The notes: a model not told the origin generated them from the letters alone. A DNA stretch of 64,000 nucleotides from Bacillota bacterium (GCA_023411375.1 JAEYOW010000050.1:27464-91463); one strand, 5' to 3'; counted from the stretch's first letter, positions 15,553-25,078 are shown. Program-made: numbers and translations.

Positions 15553-17169
15553 ATGATGAACTCGCTTTTCGGCGCGCACAGGCGCTTTTGGCGGGAATCG
15601 CCCTGGCAGAGCAGGGCACACCGCCGCTGGTTTGGGTTTTGCGCCGTTTGCCTTTCCCTGTATATTGGCTATTGCACCTTTTTGGCACAAAGCCCCGTTT
15701 TGAAAGGCGGGATGGACACGGCCGCCTCGCTATGCTGGTTTGTGCTGTACAGCGCTGCGGTTTACGTCCTGTTGCTATGGGCCTGCAAAAGGTTAAGCGG
15801 CGTGCGGCTCAGAAAGAGCGCCGTGGGGGGACGCTATCCGTGGCGCGTATTTTTCATGAGCGCAGGAATTTCACTGGTTGTGCTAGGCTGCGCCTTTGCG
15901 GCCTGCTATCCCGGCGGGGTTAGCTACGATGCGGCCAATCAGTGGCAGCAGGTGCGCACGGGTGAGTTCAACAACTGGCATCCGTTGTTTCACACGCTGC
16001 TGGTCTGGCTCGTCACGCGTGTTTCCTACAGCTATCCCTTCGCGGTGTGCGCGCAGCTCGTTGCCTTTTCGGCGGCAATGGGTTATCTCACATCCACGCT
16101 GTGCCGCCATGGCGTGCCTGCCTGGCTGGCGCTTATTGTGCACGCGCTTGTGACGCTTTCAGCCCCTGTTCAAAATACTTTGATGTATCTGGGCAAGGAC
16201 AGCGCCATGTGTATTGGGGCGCTGGTGCTGTCGGCCCAGGGCGTGAATATGCTTTTTACGCGTGGACAATGGCTCCGCAGGCCGCGCAATGCCGTCGTGT
16301 TCGGGCTTGTGCTTGCCTTTGCGACGTTGGTGCGGCACAACGCCGTTCTGTTTACGCTGCCGCTGCTTTTGGCTGCGATGCTTTGCTACCGTCCCACACG
16401 GCGTTGGGCGGCGCTTTCAGCCGGTGTATTCGCCCTGTGCTCGGCCCTGATTCAGGGGCCGCTTTTTGGCGCTCTGGACGTGGTCTATCCCTCAAACCTG
16501 TTGGAAGAAAGCATCGGCATTCCCATGACCGTTATGGGTAACGCAAAGCAGAAAAACCCGGATGCGCTGGATGAAGAAACAAGCGCTTTTTTGGCAACGC
16601 TGGCGGACGATGAGGCATGGCGGAACACCTACGTGCTTAACGATTATAATTCCATCAAATTTACTTACGACAGGGAACGCATTGCGCATACGCCTCCCGC
16701 GCAGCTTTTGCGTATGACGTTGCATACCGTCGCAAGCGACCCGCGCGGCGCATTTGAGGCCTTTAACGCCGTGACGGACCTGGTCTGGGATGTAACGGGC
16801 CAAAACGAGGGCTATGAAAATGTACGCAACTCGGGTGATATCGAGGAGGCGCGCTACGGTAGCGCACGGCTCAACACCATTGGCAAGGCGGCATCCGCCG
16901 TGCTATCGGCACCGATGAACGCCGCTCCGCTCGCTTACCTGTTTCAAAATATCGGCGTTCAGCTATTGCTGCTGCTGCTTGGCGCGCTTTGGGCGCTGTA
17001 CCGCGTCGGGGTGCGCGCGTTGACGCTTGCCCTTCCGGTGCTGATTTATGACCTTGGCACCATGCTTCTCCTATGCGGCAACGACGCGCGCTTTTTCCAG
17101 TTTTCTATGGCGGTCTGTCTACCGGCCCTTGTCGCGCTTTTGTTTGCGTCCCCGGAGAAGGAGGCGTAA
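15553..17169 (+). CDS. Large polytopic membrane protein (about 11 TM helices plus a ~200-aa loop/domain), possibly a GT-C-like glycosyltransferase or DUF-type; function unknown
   Basis: Hydropathy by eye. A conserved-looking loop ...GGVSYDAANQWQQVRTGEFNNWHPLFHTLL... follows the early TM helices. SD GGGAGGG before the ATG. Confidence 0.6.
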   Translation: MMNSLFGAHRRFWRESPWQSRAHRRWFGFCAVCLSLYIGYCTFLAQSPVLKGGMDTAASLCWFVLYSAAVYVLLLWACKRLSGVRLRKSAVGGRYPWRVFFMSAGISLVVLGCAFAACYPGGVSYDAANQWQQVRTGEFNNWHPLFHTLLVWLVTRVSYSYPFAVCAQLVAFSAAMGYLTSTLCRHGVPAWLALIVHALVTLSAPVQNTLMYLGKDSAMCIGALVLSAQGVNMLFTRGQWLRRPRNAVVFGLVLAFATLVRHNAVLFTLPLLLAAMLCYRPTRRWAALSAGVFALCSALIQGPLFGALDVVYPSNLLEESIGIPMTVMGNAKQKNPDALDEETSAFLATLADDEAWRNTYVLNDYNSIKFTYDRERIAHTPPAQLLRMTLHTVASDPRGAFEAFNAVTDLVWDVTGQNEGYENVRNSGDIEEARYGSARLNTIGKAASAVLSAPMNAAPLAYLFQNIGVQLLLLLLGALWALYRVGVRALTLALPVLIYDLGTMLLLCGNDARFFQFSMAVCLPALVALLFASPEKEA

Positions 17170-17172
17170 GCG

Positions 17173-17934
17173 GTGGCTGTCACCGTGCAAATGCTGTGGA
17201 TCGTATGCCCTCTGGCGTTGCTGGGAGGCTTTGTGGACGCGATTGCGGGCGGGGGCGGGTTGATTTCGCTGCCCGCCTATTATCTGGCAGGTCTGCCCGC
17301 GAGCGTGGCTGCGGGCACAAATAAGCTTTCCGCAACGATGGGAACCGTGCTGGCGGCGTACAATTATAAACGTTCGGGTAAGATAAACCGCGGGGTTGGC
17401 ATTCCCGCCGCTATCGGCGCGCTTGTTTTAAGCGCCATGGGCGTGCTTGTGATGAAGCAACTGCCCGACCGGACGGTGAGGCTGCTGGTTGCTTGCTGCA
17501 TTCCCATCGCGGCTGTTTTTACCCTTCGCGGACGGCGGCAACATGGCTGTTGCAAACAGTTCTCCGCGCGGCGCACGTTGGCTGTCTCGCTCGGTATCGG
17601 TTGTCTGATTGGCTTCTATGACGGGCTGGTCGGGCCGGGAACAGGAACCTTTTTGATTTTACTTTTTGTTCATATTTTTGGCATGGACGATGTGGATGCC
17701 AGCGGCACAGCAAAACTGGTGAATCTGGCAAGCAATGTTGCCGCGCTGACAAGCCTGCTGACGACGGGAGATGTGCTTTTTCTTCTGGGACTGCCTGCCG
17801 GAGTTTGCTCCATGGTCGGAGGCTTTTTGGGCAGCAGGCTGACCATCCGCAGCGGCGGGAAGCTGGTGCGGATGATGATGATATGTGTTTTAATACTTCT
17901 TCTTGCCAAAATGATTACGGATATGTTACAATAA
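17173..17934 (+). CDS. TSUP-family (TauE/SafE) membrane permease
   Basis: Duplicated 4-TM halves with GGGGLISLPAYYLAGLPASVAAGTNKL and a second ...GLVGPGTGTFLILLFV... GTG start at 17173 with AAGGAGG 9 nt upstream. Confidence 0.8.
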   Translation: MAVTVQMLWIVCPLALLGGFVDAIAGGGGLISLPAYYLAGLPASVAAGTNKLSATMGTVLAAYNYKRSGKINRGVGIPAAIGALVLSAMGVLVMKQLPDRTVRLLVACCIPIAAVFTLRGRRQHGCCKQFSARRTLAVSLGIGCLIGFYDGLVGPGTGTFLILLFVHIFGMDDVDASGTAKLVNLASNVAALTSLLTTGDVLFLLGLPAGVCSMVGGFLGSRLTIRSGGKLVRMMMICVLILLLAKMITDMLQ

Positions 17935-17975
17935 AGATTACCGATGAATCCATTGATGCGCGGAGGTGCGATTCG

Positions 17976-18365
17976 ATGACCGAACCCATGCTTGCAAAGG
18001 CGATTAAGCTGACCATTCCCGCTGAGGGGGAGTATGCGCTTGTGGCGCGTATGGCGTTGAGCGGGCTGGCAATGCTCGCCGGCCTCGATGTGGACCTGAT
18101 CGGCGATTTGCGCACCGTAACGGATGAGTGCTGCGACTGTTTGATGCACCAGCCTCTCAGGCCCGCGTGCATTACGGTGGATGCGTGGATTGGCGGAGGA
18201 AGGCTCTTTTTCCGCTTTGGAGCGGAAAAACGTTGTGGGGCGGGCTGCGAGCAGACCTTGCAGATGGATATTACAAAAGGCGTACTGGAAACGCTCATGC
18301 CCGAGGTGCGCCTGGATACGGATGAGGACGGCGTGTTTGGCATTGAATGCTCCATGCCTGTTTAA
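17976..18365 (+). CDS. Cys-rich SpoIIAB/RsbW-like anti-sigma factor lacking a recognizable ATP-lid (G2) motif
   Basis: 129 aa. LTIPAEGEYALVARMALSGLAMLAGLDVDLIGDLRTVTDECCDCLMHQ aligns by eye with the SpoIIAB N-terminal/N-box region (ARVTVASFIAQLD...KTVVSEAVTNAIIHG) with Cys in place of Asn. There is no SGMGF-type G2 box and the protein has 7 Cys. SD GGAGG is 9 nt before the ATG at 17976. It lies immediately upstream of a group-3 sigma gene. Confidence 0.55.
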   Translation: MTEPMLAKAIKLTIPAEGEYALVARMALSGLAMLAGLDVDLIGDLRTVTDECCDCLMHQPLRPACITVDAWIGGGRLFFRFGAEKRCGAGCEQTLQMDITKGVLETLMPEVRLDTDEDGVFGIECSMPV

Positions 18366-18377
18366 GCGGAGGCGGCC

Positions 18378-19118
18378 ATGAATGACGAGCGTTTGATCCC
18401 TTTATTGGAGCAATACGCCATGACCCGCGATACCGCGCTTAGGGACGAGCTGTTTGAGGCCTACCTGCCGCTTGCAAAGGCGGTAGCGCGCAAGTTTATG
18501 GGGCGTGGCGTTGAGCTGGAGGATTTGGAACAGGTGGCGGGCATGGCGCTGTTAAAGGCGCTGGAGAGGTACGAACCGGCGCGCGGTTACCGCTTTGTGA
18601 CCTATGCCGTGCCGACCATCACGGGTGATGTGCGCAATTATTTGCGGGATAAGGGCAGCATTCTGCGTATGCCCCGCGATTCCCGGCAGAAGCTTTATCT
18701 GATGACAAGGGAGCAGGAAAGGTTTGAGGCGGAGCATCTGCGCGCGCCTACGGCTACCGAGCTTGCTCTGCGCATGCATATTTCTGCCGACGAGCTGCTG
18801 ATGCTGCTCAGCCTGCGGGCGCAGACAGATACGGTTTCCCTGGACGCCCCTGTGGGCGAGGATGGCGACGCGATGCTGGAAGGAATGCTGGGCGGCGCGG
18901 ATGCTGGCTATGAGCGCTTTGAGCAAAGCGAATGGATGCAGTGGGTGCTTTCCAAGGTGAACGATTCGGAGCGCCAGCTTTTGACGCTTAGGTACCGGGA
19001 CGGCCTTGGCCAGCGCGAGACGGCCCGGAAGATGGGTGTTTCACAGATGCAGATCTCCAGAATGGAGCGCCGCGTGCTGACCAGGCTGCGCGCGATTGAG
19101 GCGGGCGGACGGGCGTGA
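18378..19118 (+). CDS. Group-3 sigma-70 family factor (SigF/SigG/SigB-like)
   Basis: Region 2 ...YRFVTYAVPTITGDVRNYLRDKGSILRMPRDS... and region 4 ...QRETARKMGVSQMQISRMERRVLTRLR. Confidence 0.9.
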   Translation: MNDERLIPLLEQYAMTRDTALRDELFEAYLPLAKAVARKFMGRGVELEDLEQVAGMALLKALERYEPARGYRFVTYAVPTITGDVRNYLRDKGSILRMPRDSRQKLYLMTREQERFEAEHLRAPTATELALRMHISADELLMLLSLRAQTDTVSLDAPVGEDGDAMLEGMLGGADAGYERFEQSEWMQWVLSKVNDSERQLLTLRYRDGLGQRETARKMGVSQMQISRMERRVLTRLRAIEAGGRA

Positions 19119-19148
19119 GCGAAAAAACGGGCGAAGGGAGCGAAACGG

Positions 19149-20657
19149 ATGCAGTCGGATAACAGGCAGCAGCAGGGCGGCGGTTACATGCCCTATACGC
19201 CCGAACAGATGCAACAGTGGCAGCAATCCGGAATGCCGCCTCAAATGACGCCCGATATGATGCAGCAGATGTGGCAGGGGCAGCAGATGTGGCAGCAGAG
19301 CCAGCCGGCGGTACCTCTTCAGCAGATGACGCCGGAGCAGATACAGCAGATGCAGTACGAGGCCTATATGTGGCAGATGCAGCAGATGCCCCCCATGCCT
19401 ACCATGCAACAGCCGCCCGTTCAACCTCCGCGGGGCCGTTCAAAGCCGCATAAAAAGAATAAAGGCGGCGGCGGGGGTATCGGCTCGGTGCTTAAGGTGC
19501 TGGTCGCGCTGGCTGTGGCGGGCGGGGTCGCTTGGTTTTTTCTCAAGGACATGGGCGCCGGCAGTCAGGCCACCGCCCAGATTGAGATGGGCACGCTGGG
19601 TACCTCCTATACCGGGGATGCGCTGATTGTTCGAAACGAAACGGCGTATAACGACGAGGGCGTGCAAAGTATCGATTATGTGGCGCAGGAGGGCAGCGTG
19701 GTTTACCGCGGCGACGTGGTTTGCTACGTCTACTCCACGGGCTATAGCGCTAAGGAAATGACCGCGCTTCAGGATTACCGCGACCAAATCAAGGATTATC
19801 AGCGCACGCTGCTCAAAAGCGAAACGGCCTACGACCAGAAGATGACCAGGCTGGAAGGCGATGTTACCGAGCGCGGCCTGGAGGTTCGCAGTTTGGTACA
19901 AGGGGCGCGCGGTAACCTGACCAATCAGGAAAACATTTTGAAAACGGCGATCACGCAGCGGCAAAACTACTTCCGCAGCAAGTATTCAAGCGATATGCGC
20001 TTAAACCGGCTTTTTGACGACGAGACAACGCAGCAACAGCGCATCGACAGCTGGATTAAGCAGAAGGTCGCCACCCAGGAAAGCATCGTAAGTTTTTATA
20101 CCGACGGCTTCGAGCATGCGCTGACCCCCGCGGAATTTGAGAAGTACACCCCCACGCAGGTGCGCGCGATGATCAACGGTGAAAAACCCGAAGCCTCCAC
20201 CGCGGCGCGCGGGCGCACGGACCTGTACCGGCTGGTTAAGCAAAACAACTATGCGGTGCTCATGCTGGTGCGCGACAATACCTGGAACCCTGTGGAGGGA
20301 ACCACCTACAAGCTGGTGCTGGAGCAGTTTTCAAACACCGTTGTTAATGCGCAGGTTCTATCCTTCACCCGTTCCGGGGGCGAGCTGTTGCTTCGTCTGG
20401 CGGTGATCGGCGATGTTTCGGATGTGCTGTATATGCGTACCTGTCAGGCGCAGCTTGGCGAATATGTGGATTGTATGGTGGTGCCAAGCGGCGCGCTTTA
20501 TGAGCAGAACAACGCTACGGGCGTCGTTATTATTACCGGGGAAAAGCAGCTCTTCGTACCGGTCAACGTGCTCAGGCAGGAGGGCGGCAAGGCGTATATT
20601 TCGGCAATTCAGACCGGTGTTTTAACTGCCGGGCAAACGGTAAGGCTATTCAAATAA
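19149..20657 (+). CDS. Single-pass membrane protein with a Q/M/P-rich cytoplasmic N-terminus and a HlyD/membrane-fusion-like extracytoplasmic domain
   Basis: N-terminus (MQQ/MWQ)n, then TM IGSVLKVLVALAVAGGVAWFFL, then a ~370-aa domain ending ...TGVLTAGQTVRLFK (HlyD_D23-like). Confidence 0.55.
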   Translation: MQSDNRQQQGGGYMPYTPEQMQQWQQSGMPPQMTPDMMQQMWQGQQMWQQSQPAVPLQQMTPEQIQQMQYEAYMWQMQQMPPMPTMQQPPVQPPRGRSKPHKKNKGGGGGIGSVLKVLVALAVAGGVAWFFLKDMGAGSQATAQIEMGTLGTSYTGDALIVRNETAYNDEGVQSIDYVAQEGSVVYRGDVVCYVYSTGYSAKEMTALQDYRDQIKDYQRTLLKSETAYDQKMTRLEGDVTERGLEVRSLVQGARGNLTNQENILKTAITQRQNYFRSKYSSDMRLNRLFDDETTQQQRIDSWIKQKVATQESIVSFYTDGFEHALTPAEFEKYTPTQVRAMINGEKPEASTAARGRTDLYRLVKQNNYAVLMLVRDNTWNPVEGTTYKLVLEQFSNTVVNAQVLSFTRSGGELLLRLAVIGDVSDVLYMRTCQAQLGEYVDCMVVPSGALYEQNNATGVVIITGEKQLFVPVNVLRQEGGKAYISAIQTGVLTAGQTVRLFK

Positions 20658-20678
20658 GGACAAGAGGGGGGATTAAAA

Positions 20679-21419
20679 ATGGACGGCGTGGCGCAGAATT
20701 TGTCGGGAAATTCAGATAAAACCCAGCTTCTGGACGAGATAAGCCCTGAGACGCTTGCGCGAAATGTGTCGGACGTATTGGATACTTTAAACAAAAATAA
20801 ATATCAAAATTCTCCCCCGGCCCGCTTGATCGCCGTTACCAAGACGGTAGGTCCATCGGTGATCAACGCCCTCAAACCCTTAAATGTTTTGGATATTGGG
20901 GAAAACCGGGCGCAGGTTGCCATACCGAAGCTGCCAAAAATCGCGCCGGAATTCCGGCTGCATTGGATTGGAAGGTTGCAAACAAACAAAGTTAAATATA
21001 TAATAGAACATGTGTGTATGCTGCATACCTTGGACCGGCTTGCGCTTGCGCAGGAGGTGGACAGGCGGGCGAAGGAGCATGGCATAGTGATGCCGGCCCT
21101 TGTGCAGATTAATATCGCGCGCGAACCTCAGAAGGGCGGAATGGAGCCCGGCGAGGTACTGCCCTTTCTCAGGCGGATGCGCGACTTTTCCGGTATACGC
21201 GTAATGGGTCTGATGGGCATTATGCCGCTTCAGGCATCCGGGGAGGAGCTTACGGCGCTTTTCCGAGGCATGCGGGTCCTGTTTGAACAGCTTCGTGAAG
21301 AGGCTGTGGACGGCGTTGAAATGCGCGAGCTGTCCATGGGTATGTCAAATGATTATGCGATCGCGGCGCGTGAAGGCGCGACGATGGTTCGTATCGGTAC
21401 GGCTCTTTACCGCCGTTAG
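20679..21419 (+). CDS. YggS/YlmE-family PLP homeostasis protein (alanine-racemase-fold PLP-binding)
   Basis: ...LIAVTKTV...WHWIGRLQTNKVKYI...; canonical position upstream of sepF. Confidence 0.9.
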   Translation: MDGVAQNLSGNSDKTQLLDEISPETLARNVSDVLDTLNKNKYQNSPPARLIAVTKTVGPSVINALKPLNVLDIGENRAQVAIPKLPKIAPEFRLHWIGRLQTNKVKYIIEHVCMLHTLDRLALAQEVDRRAKEHGIVMPALVQINIAREPQKGGMEPGEVLPFLRRMRDFSGIRVMGLMGIMPLQASGEELTALFRGMRVLFEQLREEAVDGVEMRELSMGMSNDYAIAAREGATMVRIGTALYRR

Positions 21420-21454
21420 GCTGGGCCGCCGGTATAACATAGGAGGTTCGTCGA

Positions 21455-22513
21455 TTGGGAATCTTTCGCAAGGTCGGAGACTGGCTGACCGAAAAGAGCG
21501 ACCGCTTCATTCGCGGGGAATCTGAAATGTCCAATGGATACTATGGTTCCAGGGAAGCGGAGCAGGCGTACAGCAATATGGGCGCCGAACAGCCCGAGGC
21601 CGACCATGGCGATATGGAGGCCGGGGAAGATACGGGGCATAAGCCTTCCGGCGATCCCTTCGGGTATGGCGGCGGAGAATATGGCGGCAGGGTGCCGTAC
21701 CGCAGCCGGTATGACAGGGAGCGCGAAGCGCAGCAGCAACCCCAGCAGCCGCCGTATCAGCAGCAGCCGTCGGTTCAGCAGCCCATACAGGCGCAGGGCA
21801 TGCAGATGGGAATGCAGCCGCCGGTTCAGCGGCCCATGGCACAGCAGCAGATGAATATGGGGCAGCAGCCCGGCTATGCGCAGGGATACGCGCAGCAGCC
21901 CATGGGCAATGTGGTGCCTTTTCCCGGCATGCAGCGCGGGCAGGACGGTTCTGTTTACGCGCATGTGGAATATATTGTTTTACTGCGTAGCCGGAACGAA
22001 TGTAAGGACGTGATTGCCTATATCAAACTCAACGCGTCCGTGTTTCTCAACATGGAATTTATCGCCAGCGATAATGAACGCCAGCGTTGCGTGGATATGC
22101 TCAGCGGCGCCGCCTATACGCTTGGCTGCGCGCTGAACAAAATTTCGCCTCGGGGCATTTATCTGATCTCCTCACCCTCCGTACGCGTGGTGCTTGATCC
22201 CGCTATGCAGAAATTTGCTTCGGCGCCCGAAGCGCAGGGCTTTGTCAGGCAGCGGTATGAGAACGAGAACTATCAGGGATACAGCGGCTATCAGCAGGGT
22301 GAGGCGGCGCAGGAAACACAGCGCCAGCGGCCTGTTACGGGCTTTTCTTCAGGATCGCCAACCACGCGCTTCCAGGCGCAGGGTACGCAGCGGACGCCGC
22401 CCGCCAGCTTTGGCAGCGTGATGGCGGGCAACGTGACTTCATCCTATTCCCCCGCCGGCGGTATGGGATCGGGCAACGCGCCCACAGGCCGCTATTCTGT
22501 CGGGCCGCAGTAG
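21455..22513 (+). CDS. sepF: Cell division protein SepF with a long Q/P-rich low-complexity linker
   Basis: TTG start at 21455 with AGGAGG 8 nt upstream. The conserved SepF core is ...VEYIVLLRSRNECKDVIAYIKLNASVFLNMEF...; the linker is QQQPQQPPYQQQPSVQQPIQAQGMQMGMQPP... Confidence 0.85.
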   Translation: MGIFRKVGDWLTEKSDRFIRGESEMSNGYYGSREAEQAYSNMGAEQPEADHGDMEAGEDTGHKPSGDPFGYGGGEYGGRVPYRSRYDREREAQQQPQQPPYQQQPSVQQPIQAQGMQMGMQPPVQRPMAQQQMNMGQQPGYAQGYAQQPMGNVVPFPGMQRGQDGSVYAHVEYIVLLRSRNECKDVIAYIKLNASVFLNMEFIASDNERQRCVDMLSGAAYTLGCALNKISPRGIYLISSPSVRVVLDPAMQKFASAPEAQGFVRQRYENENYQGYSGYQQGEAAQETQRQRPVTGFSSGSPTTRFQAQGTQRTPPASFGSVMAGNVTSSYSPAGGMGSGNAPTGRYSVGPQ

Positions 22514-22537
22514 TTCCACTGCGGTGAAAGGAGACAA

Positions 22538-22819
22538 ATGTTAATTTCAGCTATCGTAGGCATTGCCACCTGGATTTTGCAAGCGCTTAGCCTCGTTATT
22601 CTGGTTTATTGCGTCATGACGCTAGTGGTTCCGCAAAATGAGCTTGTCCGCAAGGCCGGCGCTTATATTGAACCGATGCTCGCGCCCTTCAGAAGCCTTT
22701 TGCACCGCATTTTTCCAAAGCTTCGCGGCTTTGCGTTTGACCTTTCTCCCCTTGTTATGTGGCTTGTGATCGACATCGCGATCTGGCTGCTTCGTCTGCT
22801 GAGCCGGATTTTGCCCTGA
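22538..22819 (+). CDS. YggT/YlmG family membrane protein
   Basis: 93 aa with two TM helices; the typical gene after sepF. Confidence 0.85.
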   Translation: MLISAIVGIATWILQALSLVILVYCVMTLVVPQNELVRKAGAYIEPMLAPFRSLLHRIFPKLRGFAFDLSPLVMWLVIDIAIWLLRLLSRILP

Positions 22820-23580
22820 TGCGCGGCGAGGGGGATGCCGCGCAAACGGCAAGGCGGCTTGAGGAGCTCGCTGAACGCGCGGAGAAATCGGGAAGGCCGT
22901 GTTTCACGGGCTTTCTTTCTCCGCCGGAGGCGGAATGGGCCGTAGCCGCCGGCAAAAGGCTGCGGGTCAGGGTTTTGCTCAACGGCGGCTATGAGGATGC
23001 GGAACGCCGCATGGCCTGCTTTTTGCCGGATGAGGCGGAAGCCGGGCCGTTTCCCCTGATTGCGCTGGCGCTTGACTGGCCGCACCAAAGCGCGCCCGCG
23101 CACCGCGACGTGCTTGGCAGCGTAATGGGGCTGGGCGTGAAGCGGCAATGTATTGGGGATATTGTGTTGGAGGCCGGGCGCGGTTATCTATTTGCCGAGT
23201 GCGCGATGGGCGGGCATATTGCGGACGCGCTTATCAGCGCCGGGCGTGTAAAGCTGCGGGTTAGTCAGATGAACGGGCTGCCGCAGCTGACGCTGCCCGA
23301 GGGCGCCGAGGTTAGGGACACCGTTATGACGCTGCGTCTGGATGCGGTGCTCGCCGGTGGTTTTGGTTTGTCCCGCGCGAAGGCGGCCGCACTGATCGAG
23401 GCCGGCCATGTAAAGCTTCGGCACCTGCCCACAGAGCGGGCTGATGCCCGCGTTCAGCCGGGCGACACGATATCCGCACGCGGATTTGGCAGGCTGGTTC
23501 TGGAGGAAGCAGGAACACTCACCAAAAAAGGAAGGATTCCCATCAGGTTGATGCGCTACGGTGAAAAGCGCGGGCGCTAA
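22819..23580 (+). CDS. YlmH-like S4-domain RNA-binding protein
   Basis: ATG at 22819 overlaps the yggT stop (TGATG). C-terminal S4-like ...RLDAVLAGGFGLSRAKAAALIEAGHVKL. Confidence 0.8.
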   Translation: MRGEGDAAQTARRLEELAERAEKSGRPCFTGFLSPPEAEWAVAAGKRLRVRVLLNGGYEDAERRMACFLPDEAEAGPFPLIALALDWPHQSAPAHRDVLGSVMGLGVKRQCIGDIVLEAGRGYLFAECAMGGHIADALISAGRVKLRVSQMNGLPQLTLPEGAEVRDTVMTLRLDAVLAGGFGLSRAKAAALIEAGHVKLRHLPTERADARVQPGDTISARGFGRLVLEEAGTLTKKGRIPIRLMRYGEKRGR

Positions 23581-23617
23581 GGCCATACCAACGACGGAAA
23601 ACGAAAGGAGAATGACC

Positions 23618-24142
23618 ATGGGCTTGACGATCGATGATATCTACGACAAAGAGTTTGCACTCAAGGGCGGCGGATACGACCGCAACGACGTGGATCAATT
23701 TCTGGATGAAATCTGCGACGAAATGACCAACATGCAGGAGCGTATCCAGACGCTGGAGGCCGAACTCAAACAGGCGCAGGCCGCCGCCGAGGCTGCGGCG
23801 GAGGCTGTAAGACCCGTTCCGCAGCCGGTTGAAAAGGCGGAGCCGGCCGTCGCTAAGACAAGCGAAACGCTGGAGAGTATTTTGCTTAGCGCGCAGCGTC
23901 TCGCTGACGAGGCGGTTGAAAACGCGAACCGCCGCGCGGGGGATATCGTCAAAGAGGCGGAGGACAAGGCAAGCCGCATTGTGGACGACGCGCAGGAGGA
24001 GAAAAATACGCTGAGCAAGGAACTGGATTCGCTTAGAAGCGCCGCCGGCGAATACAGAAAGAATTTCCTTGAACTTGTGAATAAGCATAAGCGTATGTTG
24101 GAGGACGAGAACGGCCTGTTTGACGCCGACGGGCAGGAATAA
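23618..24142 (+). CDS. divIVA: DivIVA cell-division / pole-targeting protein
   Basis: MGLTIDDIYDKEFALKGGGYDRNDVDQFLDEI... followed by coiled coil. SD GAAAGGAGA is 6 nt before the ATG at 23618. Confidence 0.9.
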   Translation: MGLTIDDIYDKEFALKGGGYDRNDVDQFLDEICDEMTNMQERIQTLEAELKQAQAAAEAAAEAVRPVPQPVEKAEPAVAKTSETLESILLSAQRLADEAVENANRRAGDIVKEAEDKASRIVDDAQEEKNTLSKELDSLRSAAGEYRKNFLELVNKHKRMLEDENGLFDADGQE

Positions 24143-24226
24143 CCACCGGCGGAGCGGATATTTCAGGAGCTGTTGCACGTGTGAATTAGCGTGCGGCGGC
24201 TCCTTTCTGCGCATGGGTGGAAACCG

Positions 24227-25078
24227 TCAGCCCATACGGCACCTCAGCAGTTCCAGGTGAATGGTGATGCGATCCAGCGCGCGGGCTTCCAGCGCATTTT
24301 CCGGGACGGAAAAGGTCATGGGCGTCATGCGCAAGAAACGTTCCGCCTGCTCCTGCGAGAGGGGGAAGGTTTCATGAATAACGGCGTGTTCCAAAATCAC
24401 GGCATGCTGGGAAAGATGCGTAAGCACGCGGCCATTGTCATAGGCGTCTCCGCCGCGCAGATGGCCCGACACCGCGGCGCGCACCTCCCGCAGGTAATCC
24501 GCTCCGGGCACCACCTTGTATAGCTCGCCGCCAGGCGCGAGCACGCGCCGGAATTCGGCGTAATCGGCAGGGGTCAGCACATCCAGAACCGTGTCCAGCG
24601 CGCCGTCTGGCACGGGCAGCCGTTTGAGGTCGGCCACAAACCAGTGGACGGGATTTCCGCCGCGCGCAGCGGCCTGAATAGCTTCGCGGTTGAGATCGAC
24701 GCCCAGTATCCGCGCCCCGGGCAGGGCTTGAGCAAGGCCGCGCGCATAGTAGCCCTCACCGCAGCCCACATCCATGAGAGAAAAGTCACGGTTGCCGTGG
24801 GTACGCTCAAGCAGGGCTGTAATCGCATCCAGAACCGGGGCGTAAAACCCGTCGGCAAATACCTGCCGCCGGCAATCAAACAGCTCTCCTGTGTATTTAT
24901 CACCGCTTTGGTTATGCGTGGGAGCCAGGTTAACATAGCCCTTGGCGGAAAGATCGAAGCAGTGTCCAGCTCCACACAGCAGGCTTTGGCCGGTCAGGGA
25001 GAATGACGAGCCGCACAGCGGGCAGCGCAGCAGGGGCAAAATGGGACGAAGTTTTTCCGACAGCGCGCGTATCTTCAT
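24227..25078 (-). CDS. rlmA: 23S rRNA (guanine745-N1)-methyltransferase RlmA-like
   Basis: N-terminal Zn ribbon LLRCPLCGSSFSL...LLCGAGHCFD plus the SAM motif LMDVGCGEGYY. ATG at 25078 has AAAGG 9 nt upstream. Confidence 0.8.
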   Translation of the reverse strand: MKIRALSEKLRPILPLLRCPLCGSSFSLTGQSLLCGAGHCFDLSAKGYVNLAPTHNQSGDKYTGELFDCRRQVFADGFYAPVLDAITALLERTHGNRDFSLMDVGCGEGYYARGLAQALPGARILGVDLNREAIQAAARGGNPVHWFVADLKRLPVPDGALDTVLDVLTPADYAEFRRVLAPGGELYKVVPGADYLREVRAAVSGHLRGGDAYDNGRVLTHLSQHAVILEHAVIHETFPLSQEQAERFLRMTPMTFSVPENALEARALDRITIHLELLRCRMG

